DNA of 64,000 nt from Zootoca vivipara (Eukaryota): NCBI RefSeq assembly GCF_963506605.1, contig NC_083288.1, positions 38,750,001 to 38,814,000 of the forward strand. The letters are read 5' to 3'. A program made the translations under genes and the position numbers. Positions 23,301 through 34,538 of the stretch are shown one piece after another. Each line of letters begins with the position of its first letter. Within the stretch, counting starts at the first letter, position 1. The notes under the pieces are model-generated. The model worked only from the letters and a program-made list of their open reading frames with translations. It ran no database searches and was not told the origin of the DNA.

Positions 23301-24141
23301 ACCTTACAGGGTTGTTGTGAGGATAAAATGGGGAGGGGGAAAAGGGAACATGTTCATCACCCTGAGCTCCTTGAAGAAGGATGGGATAGAAAGGCAATCA
23401 ATAAACACTCCCTGCAAACCAAAAAATCCTGCTCCATTCCTATTGGATCTCAGAATCCCGGTTTTTCCAACCTATTCCCTCAAATCTGTGTGTTGCTCAG
23501 TCTTTTATGGGGCCTTTTCTGTTCCATAATTATTTAGTAGGAAGCAAATTACACTCAGGACAGACTCACAAACCTCTAGCCCTGATTTTTCCTTCCTTCC
23601 CACCTCACCACCCTCCTTCTAAACAAAAAAACCTCATAGCTGTGTCCCTGGAGATCTTGTATAGCCACACCTTGCTCTCCTGTGCTCTTTCCCTTTCCTT
23701 CTTTACTCTAGTCAGCAGCCCTTTCCGCCGTATCTGTGAGGATCCCCGAGATGTTCCCTCATTCTTCATCAATGGCCTGTCTGCATCCAGTTTCTGAAGG
23801 TACAAAATGGGAAAACAAATACATACACAAACAAACAAATCCATTAGGTGACCAAATTAGGTCCTTAAATATTTCAGGCACCAGATCTTCCCATGGTGCT
23901 GTTCACCCAGCATGAGATTGCTTTAGTCATATCAGTCCAAGCAGAAACAGACATGATGGTTTGGGTCTGTTTTCCACAAAGGAGTCTTTCTTTTAAACCC
24001 AGAGGCATCTGGGGAAACATTCAGTGTCAAAGCGCCTCTGTTACTTACCACACCCCCATCTTTGACCTCGGTTGGCGTGCCAGATATAGGGATCCCCTCT
24101 GACTTCTCTTCTTTCATGCCCTCCTTGTCCTCATCCATCAT
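17378..24141 (-). CDS. ZNF771: Zinc finger protein 771 orthologue, about 547 aa; join 24141-24049, 23793-23671, 22825-22694, 20531-20355, 20115-20017, 18397-17378
   Basis: Eight fingers with helices [56 protein letters not shown] follow human ZNF771 in order as I recall it. Pre-finger [17 protein letters not shown] resembles human YEVVKLKIPMDNKEVP. All exons are GT-AG and phase 0. Synteny with PRR14/FBRS. The 23671 donor (AAG|GTGTGG) is the weakest point. Confidence 0.8.
19142..19865. mobile_element. Long palindromic (fold-back) non-autonomous element interrupted by a CR1 fragment
   Basis: Left arm CATACATTTAAAGCAG...TTTAAACAGTCATGG...AAAGAATCCTG mirrors right arm CAGGATTCT[CR1]TT...CCATGACTGTTTAAAG...CTGCTTTAAATGTAT. 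A half copy lies at about 22036-22175. Confidence 0.65.
19391..19809 (+). mobile_element. 5'-truncated CR1 LINE
   Basis: ORF2 C-terminus ([34 protein letters not shown]) and 3' end GGTCTCTTCCAACTCTATGATTCTATGATTCT. Confidence 0.92.
22403..22644. mobile_element. Tc1/mariner-type MITE
   Basis: TA|CAGTGGTACCTCTGGTTAC ... GTAACCAGAGGTACCACTG|TA. Confidence 0.88.
23178..23405 (+). mobile_element. Old tRNA-derived SINE (Squam3/MIR-like)
   Basis: GAGCCAGC...AGTGGTCAGAATGCT head and CCTTACAGGGTTGTTGTGAGGATAAAATGGG core. Similar decayed copies on the minus strand near 13670-13815, 22865-23095, 26140-26325 and 57230-57395. Confidence 0.6.
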
Positions 24142-25037
24142 TAATTTAAGGGCGGAAGTGAGTGGCTTTTGAGGGAGAAACAAAGGTAAGCGACCAAGCT
24201 CTCCACCCTAAGCATAGTTATTAGAAAATTAAGTCCTCTTTAAACAACTCTTATTTGTAACCATCAAACCCCCTACAAGTCAGTGCAGCTTTTTTTGTCT
24301 CACAACCACCCTGTGAGGCCAGCCACCTAGCTTAGATCCAGGAGATATTTAGATCTATTTTCCTATTGCCCCCAGCCCCCAATGAACAGGGATGATGCCA
24401 CTTGGTTTGAATATATTATGGGAAGATGGATGAGGCCATGGTATGATTCAAGTCTGCCTGGAAATCCTGTCACTACCGGTAATCCCTGATGCAAAGTGCT
24501 GTGTTCATAGAGAACGACTGGCTTATTTATGTACCCTTCACATGCTCAGAAGCACAGCACTAATTTGTAGTGTTGTAAGAATTTTGAAGGTATCACAACT
24601 GCACAGGGATCCCTGGGCAGGTCATGGCCCCAAATAAGCCCCACCCTTCCCCGCAACCCCCAGGAGTCTCAAGCTCTTAAAACTTACCTCTTTTGTTTCT
24701 CAGTCTTGGTGTGTGTCTGCTGGCTAATAACACTAGCTCCGTAAGTTTAGCCTAATTACGTCTTAGAAATCCAAGGCGGGGGGGGGGGGGAGGTTGTGTT
24801 GTGATGCACACCTCTCTCTCTTCCAAGCAACAGCTGCTTCTGGCAACCCACGTGGTAGACACCCTCTTTCTCCGCCGCGTCCCTATGGAGAGTTAGGGTA
24901 GCTGGCAGCAAGATAAGGGCCTGGGTAAGGAAGGGGAGACGGATTCCCCACCCGGGGCCAGTACCAAGTCCGGGAAGGAAGTTGAGCCAAGGAGTGACTG
25001 CTTCCTGCGACCCAGGCTAGCTCCCCTCCCCACTCAC

Positions 25038-25400
25038 CCGGGCCTCTCTGGAGCAGGGGAGGAGTGGTGGGGCTGCTGAGGATGATGATGATGCGGAGGA
25101 GGGCGCAGAGGTGGCTAGCAGAGCCGCTCAGCGGGATCCGGAGGCTCCTCGCCCTTTGGCAAGCGCCTCGAGGCGGGCGGCGGAATCGGCTCCGGCTGCG
25201 CTTTTGCGCCTCTTCCCTCCCAGAGAAGAGACCCTGCTGAGAGTGGGGAGGGGGAGCTCCGAGGGCGGGGGGGGGGGCGGGCGGGGAGAATGTTAGACGT
25301 CGAGAGGAGGGTGGCAGAGGGGCGGTGCGCCGCGCAGATTCGCCAACGTTGCCTTCCCTCGTTCTCGCTCATTGGTGGAGAGGTCTGCAAGACAGGGAGA
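25038..25400 (-). promoter_or_regulatory. CpG-island promoter and first non-coding exon of ZNF771
   Basis: CGG|GTGAGT donor at 25038, GC boxes at about 25262-25325, ATTGG at about 25371. A second UTR exon ends at 24688 (GAG|GTAAGT). Confidence 0.7.
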
Positions 25401-26487
25401 GTGGCAACTGCAGCAGCGGCGCCTGTTCCTGCCAGACCCTGAGCAGGGGGTGGACCCAGGAGTCCTCCCTCCCACCCACCCTTCTCCAGCCCCGCAAGCG
25501 ACGGGTATTCGGGTTTTGAAATAGGGGCGGGGGCGAGGAGGAAGAGAGAGAAGCTCGGAGCCGCTGAACCGGAGCTTCTATTAGAGGCCACCCGGGAGGG
25601 ACGTGTTTCTTCATGGCCAGCGAGCTCTTGCAGAAACCGCGCCATGGAATAGGGACGGGGGGAGGTGGGGAGAGAATAATGCTTCCGAGAATGTGCAGAG
25701 TAACGATCGCCTCTTGTCCGTTCGAATCCGGAAGGTGCGCCGTTAACACGGGACTAGCGCATAGGAACATGCCTGGGAGCAAAGGCCGGCCCAAGACATT
25801 TCGCTGCCTGAGGGCAAGGACAGCGGGAGGGAGATCAGTAGGGTAGTTTCAAAGGTAGCTTTGACACACAAGGTGCATGACACACAGCCCTCTTCAACAA
25901 CAGAAATTGCGTGTACTGTATTCCCCCAAATAATAATAATAATAGGCTGAAGAGGTAAAATAGCACCTGCTGGATTTCTTCCTGTTGTGCTGCTTTTAAA
26001 ATGGCACAAAAACCTTTGTTAGAAAAGGGGTTGGCAACTACCCTGTGTGATAGAGAAGCTGGAACTCTTAACAGGAAAGGATGCGGGAATGGCTGGACCA
26101 TCCACCCAAAAAAACAACATATTTTGTTATTCTCTACATTTTTATTCTGCTTTTTCTCCAGGGAGTTCAAAGTGACATAGAAGATTCTCCCCACCACCCT
26201 GCCCATTTCATCCTTCACCAGTCCTATGAGTTGTTGGAAAAGACTGAGTGACTGACTCAGGGTAACCCAAACAGCTTCATACGCGGGTGGGGATCTGAAC
26301 CTATCCAGCTGTAGTCTGACACACTCGACCAGGGTGGGGAACTTCCATGAGTCTGAGGACTGATGGCATTACTTCATGGGCAACCTTGTAGGGGCGACAT
26401 ATCAATGATGGGCAAGGCCAGAGGCAAAAAGTAGGCAAGGCAAGGCCAGAGGTAAAAGTGTGGAGAGCAACAGATGTGACTAATATT

Positions 26488-26923
26488 TGTCGTGTTAGGA
26501 GTTTGGTGGGAGGGGGTGGTCTGAATGCTGGGGCCAGCCTGGTGATGGCACGCTAAAGATTGTGGGGCCCCTCCCTCAACTGTCTGTTCCTTAGAAATAC
26601 AAAAGGCCAGAGTTGAGAGTTGAACGATATGAGCTAGAAGTTGCAGGCAAAAACTGCAGGCTGCAAGGGCAGAGAGAGAGCGCCAGGCCTGATTTATGCT
26701 GGAATCAAAGGCTGTGGGCTATGGGAGAAGCAGAACCTTCTTGGGGCTTTAATGCTGTGCACCTCTCCATTATAGGCTCAGGTTGTATATATGCGTAAAT
26801 AAACCATATGTCATAAAGACACCACAGTCTCTGCTGTGCCTTATTCCCTAAGGAAACACAAACCCTTGCTAAGCACCTGGAACCCCTGGAATTTCACACC
26901 GCCCAGAGATTGGGGTGGTGTGC
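26488..26923. mobile_element. Possible solo LTR
   Basis: TG...CA bounded segment of about 435 bp with TATATA and AATAAA at about 26787-26803. No convincing TSD. Confidence 0.3.
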
Positions 26924-28056
26924 ATTTGCTCAAAGGCACTTTTATTTCCAGGACCATGGAATAAGCAAATTTAGCTTTCATTAAAATAAATTAGAGAACA
27001 AAAATTAGCAAGACATGTATAGTGAAAGAGGGTACAAATACTGTATAACAGAACAAATTCACTGGTGTGAAAAGGGGAAAAAATGCTGCAGTGATTGTGT
27101 GTCTGGCCAGGAAATGCAAGACAAGTTTTGTCCAAACTAATCAAGCAAATGCTTCTACTACACTACTCTAAAAACAACAACCATGTGATGAAACCAAAGC
27201 TACTTTCTTGCAGTTTTCTGTAGATTGTATGAAATATGACCAGGCTGTACACTCTCAGTATATTTTGGAATATAGTTACGGTAAGTACCAGCACAGTTAT
27301 TAGTACTTATCACTATATGGGAAAGAAAAAGATCACCTGCTGGTACTATTTTCTTTTCCTTTATTCTTTCTTTTATTTAAATTATAATGGTTTTCTAACA
27401 AGCAGCTCTCTTGTGCCCATTTACCTGGTGGAACTTACTTCTGAATGGAAGAAGTACTGTAAGTTCCACCGGGGTGGATTTTGGTAATCTTTGTAATATG
27501 GCCACCTGTGTGAGGCCAAAATTTGGTACCCCCAAATGATTCTTCTCATTTATGAATATTCTCAATTTTTCTCCCCCTTGGCTTGGCACCCTGTGTGGGA
27601 ACCGTCTGCACCATCCTAAATCTGGCACTCATTCCACTGAACATAGTGGAATTTACATTTGGGATGCACAGAACAATTAACAAGAATATTATAATTTGTA
27701 ACAAATAAAATTAATTTATTTCCTTTCAGTGTCAATAATAAGGTTTTTCATAGATACATGTGTTTTCCTCATGATTTCTGCAGCAAGAACCTTTTGTTGT
27801 CAAATCACCTCATATAAAAATAAGCCCCTGTACCACTTGAGTGCTGCAATCATACCCATGTCTACTCAGAAGTAAGTCCCATTTAATTCAGTGGGGCTTA
27901 CCCCCAAGTAAGTGGGCATAAACTTGCAGCCTTGGACTTTCCCTCTCCATTTTGGATTCTAACACACAGTAGCTTCAAATTTGCCTTGTGACATCTGTAC
28001 CCCCCTGGACTCACGCTTCAGGCCTTCTCCCCAAGTGGATTCTTTATGGTCTAGTG

Positions 28057-28192
28057 CAGGCATCCCCGAACTTCGGCCCTCCAGATGTTTTGGACTACAA
28101 TTCCCATCATCCCTGACCACTGGTCCTGTTAGCTAGGGATCATGGGAGTTGTAGGCCAAAACATCTGGAGGGCCGCAGTTTGGGGATGCCTG
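28057..28192. mobile_element. Young Charlie-type hAT MITE
   Basis: Long near-perfect TIR arms CAGGCATCCCCGAAC...GTTTGGGGATGCCTG, and 8-bp TSD GTCTAGTG/CTCTAGTG. Confidence 0.9.
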
Positions 28193-28234
28193 CTCTAGTG
28201 AGTCCCACACCCCGGTACTAAGTTCCACTGCCAC

Positions 28235-30099
28235 TCAGGAAGTGTCAGGAGATTTCTTAGCCTGGTGGATTGTCTCGTGTTGGTTACGGTTGGAATTCTG
28301 ACTGAAGCCCTTTCCGCACAGCCGACACTTGTAGGGTCTCTCTCCTGTGTGTATTCGCTGGTGCTCAATGAGGACCGAGCTGCGCGTAAAACTCTTGCCA
28401 CATTTCACACAGGTGTAGGGCTTTTCTCCTGTGTGGGTAATGTGGTGCCGGATGAAATCTGTGCTGCGTGCAAAGCATTTCCCGCACTCGGGGCACCTGT
28501 AGGGCTTCTCCATGCTATGGCTTTTCTGATACTTCATCACCATCTTTGAGCTCCATGAGGAACTTCCCCCTGGAGACTGAGATCCGAGTCCGAGCTCAGC
28601 TCTTGCACCTTCATCAATTATTTTCAGGCTTTTAGGCCCACACCTCTGAACCTCTGTCCTTTGCCAAGTTGATCCCCAGTGTATTGGGTTGCTCCTTTTC
28701 TCCTTCCCATGAGTCCTCTCATGCTGCTTACAGTTGGAGCTCTGGCTAAATCCTTGCCCACAGTGGCTGCACTTGTATGGCTTCTCACCCGTATGAATTC
28801 TCTGGTGCTCCAGGAGGATTGAACTCCGACTGAAGCTCTTCCCACAGTCCAGGCACAGATAAGGCCTTTCTCCCGTGTGGGTCCTCTGGTGCCTCAAGAG
28901 GTCTGTGCTCCTGCGGTAATTTTTCCCGCAGTCGGGGCATTTGTAGGATTTTGTTTTGCCACACAAGGCCTGCGTAGGGTTCTTCAAGTCCCCTTTACAA
29001 GAGGTCGACTGGTCTTTCGCAGAGCCTCCTTTCTGTAGCACCTTATTTCCACTTCCGCTGGAGCTGCTTGAGGAAATGGGATGTGGCTGTGCACCATCTT
29101 CCTGTGGGTTTTCCACTTTGTTCTTGCTCTCTGCAGGGAGAGACAGAATCCAGGCAGAATTTGCTCCATCTGCTGCAGACAGAAAAGAGGCTTGATCACC
29201 AAATTAAGCACTTGGTTTTGAAACATAACCAATCCACACACATTCAGTGGCTCGATGGGAGGGCGGGCAGGTGTCAACCTGGGCACAATTTTGCACCCAC
29301 CCTCCACCATGGTTCTGCTTGTGCACAGACTCTTCTCTGACTCCCAGGTAGTGTGAGAGGCAGAATAAGGCAGGAATGGAGAAGCTTTTGGCCCGCCCGA
29401 TGCTACTCGGCCACAACATCCATCATCCCTGGCCATTGGCCATGTTGGCTGGGCTGATTGGAATCCAATAACATCTGGCGGGCCACAGGTTTCCCCATCC
29501 CTGGGTTAAGCGCTGCAAGATGAGGAATCCCTCTGAAAAACATCTTGGAAAGAAAAAACGCACAGGAAGACGGTGTGATATCTACCACAAAAACCAAGAA
29601 GCCCCTGGGTTAAGAAATATGTAGGCTGCATCCATAGGAAGAGAGAAACAGTGTTAACAGTTTTTGTGGGGTTTGCAGCAGTCTCCTAACCATGCCTACC
29701 CAGTATTAAGGCCTATGGAATTCAGTGGTGCTTACTTCCGGGTAAATGGGGTTAGGCTTGCAGTGTTACTCAGGAAACCTACTGCTTCAGTTTCATCTAT
29801 CCCTTGCACGCCCATAAACACGAGTCCATCTCCCACTTTCTAACATGTAGGTAGACATTTCAAGATCCAAACTTTAGACCTGGCTAAAAATACTATTCTA
29901 GGGCAGATCCCTGGGTCAGGTTTAGCCCCGGTTTCCGAGCAAACCCTCCGTCCATACTCCCCACATGCTCACCTGGTGTTAGCACCAGGGCACTTCCAGC
30001 AGGGACGGGCAGGAGGAGGTACACGGAGCCGTCAGCAGGGCCTCCAAGCCACCGAGGGGGGCTGCGGGCAGGAGAAGCCGAGGGAGCCCCTGCGGCCAT
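28235..30099 (-). CDS. Six-finger C2H2 protein (ZNF-C), about 340 aa; join 30099-29973, 29130-28235
   Basis: ATG in good context (GCTATGG), CAG|GTGAGC donor, CTCTCCCTGCAG acceptor, in-frame phase-1 join. Two clusters of three fingers. Minus-strand AATAAA at about 27715. Confidence 0.85.
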
Positions 30100-30300
30100 A
30101 GCAGGGGCAGCAAGCGGGCGAGGGCGGCGTAAGGCGCGCGAGGGGCAGCCTGAACGAGCGCCGCGCTTGGCGCGCACTGTCCCACTCAGCCGACGCAGCG
30201 CAAGGCACGGTGAGGAAGAGGGCTGGCTCTGCGCGGCATCCTGGGAGGCGTAGTTTCCCCAAGCGGGTGACATTTAAAAGAAAAGGTCTGGGTGGAAATA
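30100..30300 (-). promoter_or_regulatory. CpG-island promoter of ZNF-C with ZNF143/SBS site
   Basis: Minus-strand ACTACGCCTCCCAGGATGCCGCG (~30232-30254) fits the ACTAC-linked ZNF143 motif. Confidence 0.7.
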
Positions 30301-30599
30301 CTGTAAGCCCATTGATCCTGAGGGGAGAGGACGGGCGAATCCTAGAGATGAAGGGGGGCGGAAGCAGCTGTCATTTAGAACCGAAAAAGCGGTGTAGCCA
30401 ACGCTTGTGAGCGCCGGGGGCTGATAGACTCCAACTCCCATCAGCTTCAGCCAGCATAGCAAATGGCAAGGGATGATGGGAATTGCAGTCCAACAACGTC
30501 TGGGAAGGGGTCAGATGGGAGAATTGAATGGTACCTTCATTCGGGCAAGGCTTCGTCCAATAAAAAGGGCGAGTGTAGGGCAGAGATTTGCTAAGGGAT

Positions 30600-31050
30600 A
30601 TAATTATTCTTATTTAGTTATGAAATTTGTATACCACCCTTTATCCTTTGATCTCAGGGTGGTTCAAAACATAAAAATGCAAGATGAAGCACAAAATATG
30701 TTACAAAAAGGACAAGACCACAAACTAATAACTCCCCTTCACCCCACCCCACAAACACATTTAAAAGAGTATATGATGTTAATCAGCCCAAGGCCTGGTT
30801 GCCTTCACCTGGCACCTGAAGGTGTATATAATGAAGGCGCCATTCAAACCTCCTTGCGAAAGGGCCCATTCTCATACAGTATTGCCACCTTCTTCTGGAG
30901 GAGGCACACGCTAAGGACCTCAGAGGATGATTGCAGGGTGCTGCTGGGTGGTTCATATGGGGAGAGTCAACCCTTGAGGTATTGTGGTCAGGAGCCATTT
31001 AAGGCTTTATAGGTCAAAACCAGCACTTTGAATGGGGCCTGGAAACTGCT
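30600..31050 (-). mobile_element. L2-like LINE 3' fragment
   Basis: Minus strand reads GTGCTGGTTTTGACCTATAAAGCCTTAAATGGCTC...TACCTCAAGG and ends in GGTGGTATACAAATT. Confidence 0.65.
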
Positions 31051-31369
31051 TCTGTTGGAAGCAGTTTGTGCTGAAACCTGGCTGAAACTCAGGTTGAAAT
31101 GGATCTAGATTAAATCAGTTTCCTCCCCCTGAGTTTTCTAACCTAAAATAAACTGGGTTAGATTCATTCACTGACTGGATTCATTCCAGTCAGAGGGACT
31201 CTGGCCAGGTCTGCGTGGGATAGCCGGGCCCACCCATCGCCAGCTAAGCTGGCAATCCCTACCATGTCTACTCCATGAGGTAAGTGGGGGTAAGGAGTAC
31301 ACCTTTACTGATCACTACTACTTTCAGAGAGAGATGAGGGGGAATTTGCACAGATCCTGGTCAGTCTGA

Positions 31370-31714
31370 AAGGGACGCAGGTGGCGCTGTGGTTAAACCA
31401 CTGAGCCTAGGGCTTTTTGATCAGAAGGTTGATGGTTCGAATCCCTGTGACGGGGTGAGCTCCCGTTGCTTGGCCCCAGCTCCTGCCAACCTAGCAGTTC
31501 GAAAGCACATCAAAATGCAAGTAGATAAATAGGAACCGCTATAGCGGGAAGGTAAATGTGCTGCTTTGGTTTGCCAGAAGCGGCTTTGTCATGCTGGCCA
31601 CATGACCTGGAAGCTATACGCTGGCTCCCTCGGCCAATAATGCGAGATGAGCGCGCAACCCCAGAGTCGGTCACAACTGGACCTAATGGTCAGGGGTCCC
31701 TTTACCTTTACCTT
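31370..31714 (+). mobile_element. Sauria SINE (Squam1/POM type), near full length
   Basis: GGGACGCAGGTGGCGCTGTGGTTAAACC head with B box GGTTCGAATCC and (ACCTTT)n tail. Confidence 0.93.
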
Positions 31715-32184
31715 TACTACTTTCAGAGAGAGATGAGGGGGAATATGCACAGATCCTGGTCAGTCTGATTCCTTGGCAAAGATCATTCTGTCTTAGTGGT
31801 CTCCTTTGGCACAGAAGTGCCTAGTTCTGAGCAGACATGCCTAGGAGTGTGGAGGGAATGAACTGGCAAGATGGTGAGCACTTCATACCTCAGCATTGTT
31901 TAAAAATTATGAACACAAATGTTTTTCCTCCAGGCAAAAATTCCTCTTCTCCTAGGCTTTTGGCTAATTATACAATATACAGTATGGCCCTTTAAACTGT
32001 GTGTGTGTTGGAGGCAGTATTGTTTTGTTTGCTACTATGTTATGTATTTTTGTGTTTTTATGTTGCAAACCACCATGTGACCCTCGGATGAAGGGTGGTA
32101 TAGAAATGTAATAAATAATAATAACATATTAAACTAGTCTTTGTGTGTGTGTGGTGTTTTGCACTGCCTTAAAACGAACTTAGT

Positions 32185-32255
32185 CCTGCATTGCAGGGGG
32201 TTCAACTGGATGACCCTTGGGGTCTCTTCCAGCTATATAATTCTATAATTCTAAT
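32185..32255 (+). mobile_element. CR1-type 3' tail fragment
   Basis: GCAGGGGGTTCAACTGGATGACCCTTGGGGTCTCTTCCAGC..ATTCTATAATTCT. Confidence 0.6.
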
Positions 32256-32279
32256 CTAATACAGAAACCTCCCTCAGAA

Positions 32280-33650
32280 ACCGCGTGTATGACGAAACGA
32301 CCTCCCGAAAGGAAGGAACCAAGGAAACTTACTATTTTTTATTTCATCGCATCCAACTGGAAAATGGAAACACGGCTCCTTTAAAGCCTGAATTTCTGGT
32401 CTTCCCCTCAAATGGCGGCGTCTTAACGGCGCCAACCAGACTCTGCCCTCACCCAAAATGGCTACCGCCCTGTACGTTTTCCTTCCTATTTTCTTCTCAT
32501 TCCCTGCCCTTTCTTGAGATGGCGGACCTGCTGACTTCAGCGGCGCTGACGCCTTTTAGCGAAAAAGGCGGCCGCACCGCTTTTTTTTGCAACACAAACT
32601 CAAAAAGTCTACAACCAACTTTTTGTTGTTGTTGCCCTGAACAGCGATGGCGGCGCTGTAGTTACCAGACGCCGGTAAAGAAACCGCGCGCCCATTGGTT
32701 GGGACCATTTACAAGACGCATGGCCATTGGGTGGGCTGTATGTGGAGACGGCCCGGGCTCTGTCCAGCGGCTGCTTGAAGAAGGGCGAGGGGAGGAGGAA
32801 GAGCTGGTGAGTTGGAGAGAGGAGGAGGTAAAGGCGGGGTCGAGCGTGCGGAGTAGTTTTATTTATTTTATTTTTTCCCAAATTGAGATGCGGGTGCTTA
32901 TCAGTTTGTTTGCTTGAGGCAGGCGAGAAGCCCGAGGAAGGGAGGGAGGCGGCGGAGGTGAGACCTGGATGGGACGGGCGAGGGGGGCGCCGCTCCCGGG
33001 TGCGGTGGCCGGCCGGTGCCGAGTCGGGCGCGCCTGGCGGATTGCGGGGCTCGGGCGAAGGAGGAGACGGGGGGCGGGGAGGGGGCAACTTGTGGGGAGG
33101 ATCGAGAGGGGGTGGAAGGAGCAAAAGGCCACCACGTGGGGCCAGATATTTGGGGCGGAGGGGACCCCCATGAAATTGGAGGTCCCATGAAATTGGAGGG
33201 TTTTTTGTGGGGTGGGGAGAAGGGCGGAAGGATCCGGAGGAGGCGTCTGAGGGGTCAGAGGTGGGCACCGTCCAGCCCCACACTTCACCCGGCGTCGGTT
33301 AGGGGTGCGCAGAGGAACTGTCCACCCGGCGCATCCTCTTCCTGATGCTGTAGCTCTCCCTCGGAGGAGGAGAAGGAGTTGCAGCCTCCGCCTCTGCTCG
33401 CCTTTTCCTCCCGCCAGGGAGCGGTGCTGACCCTGCCTAGGGCAGAGCACGGGGCACCGGGGGGGGGGCGGCGGATGAGGAGCCAACAGGTCATCGGAGG
33501 CAAACTTTTCCTCCTCACACCGCCGCCTCCTCTGTAGCCGCCCTTTTAGGTCAGTGAGGGAGGAATCGGCGGGAGAGCTAAAAGGGACGGATCTTGAGGC
33601 GGTGGGGATAGTTAGGAGGTGACTCCCAAGAGAAAGAGGGGCCTGACGGT
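32280..33650 (+). promoter_or_regulatory. CpG-island promoter and first exon region of PRR14
   Basis: YY1-type ATGGCG/ATGGCT sites at 32410, 32455, 32517 and 32646. Inverted CCAAT boxes at about 32694 and 32726. GAG|GTAAAG donor at 32827. Confidence 0.75.
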
Positions 33651-34188
33651 GCCCGTGCTTACCTATGTGTGGGGTGAGCCTAGGCTGCGAAGCAGGGGTG
33701 GGGTGGGGGGAAGGGATCCTGAATAGACGGCAGACCCCTTTCCTCCAGCATTCTAGAATTGCCACTGAAATCCAGTTCTGGGAAATATCATTGGGTCGGG
33801 TGCAACCCTAGGTTATGGTTTCCCTTTTTCCACATGCCCCACATGCTCATCTGGTATACTCACCAAGGGTCCATCGCCAGGGATGGTAAGGGGCAGGAGC
33901 AGGTAGGATGGTGTCTCCACTTCCATAGGTTTTTAATATGTGTGTGTGTGGTTATCAAAGGGTGTGGCATGAGGGGATGGCAAGTGTGGCAGGAAAAGTC
34001 AAGGACAATTAATATTATATTTTGGCAATGATTCATATTCTTATGTAGCTGCATTGTTTTATACTTTCTGGATGCCGCATGCTCATATTATTTCATAATA
34101 CAAATATTACACAATACTGTACTGTACAAATATATATATATATATATTATAATACAAACAAATAATGAATAACAATAAACCAAACGGT

Positions 34189-34538
34189 GGTAAAGGTAAA
34201 GGGACCCCTGACCGTCCAGTCGCAAATAACTCTGGGGTTGCGGCGCTCTTCTTGCTTTACTGGCCGAGGGAGCCAACATTTGTCCGCAGTGGTCATGTGG
34301 CCAGCATGACTAAGCCGCTTCTGGCAAACCAGAGCAGCGCACAGAAACGCTGTTTACCTTGCTGCTGGAGCGGTACCTATTTATTTGTTTGCACTTTGAT
34401 GTGCTTTTGAACTGCTAGGTGGGCAGGAGCAGGGACCGAGCAGCAGGAGCTCACCCCTTCGTGGAGATTAAAACCACCGACCTTCTCATTGGCAAGCCCT
34501 AAGCTGTGTGGTTTAGACCACAGCGCCACCCATGTCCC
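34189..34538 (-). mobile_element. Sauria SINE, reverse orientation
   Basis: GGTAAAGGTAAAGGGACCCCTGACC ... CACAGCGCCACCCATGTCCC is the reverse complement of the family. Confidence 0.9.

Noticed and set aside
25115-25794. Long ORFs, including a KRAB-B-like PISKPE stretch, in the ZNF771 promoter
   Set aside because: GC-rich stop-poor DNA with no supporting exon structure.
30100-30273. Upstream in-frame ATG at 30273 for ZNF-C
   Set aside because: Lies upstream of the ZNF143 promoter motif, so probably not transcribed; the ATG at 30099 has better context.
32285-33765. 200-300 aa ORFs in the PRR14 CpG island
   Set aside because: Low-complexity Pro/Arg/Gly translations typical of CpG islands, with no recognised homology.
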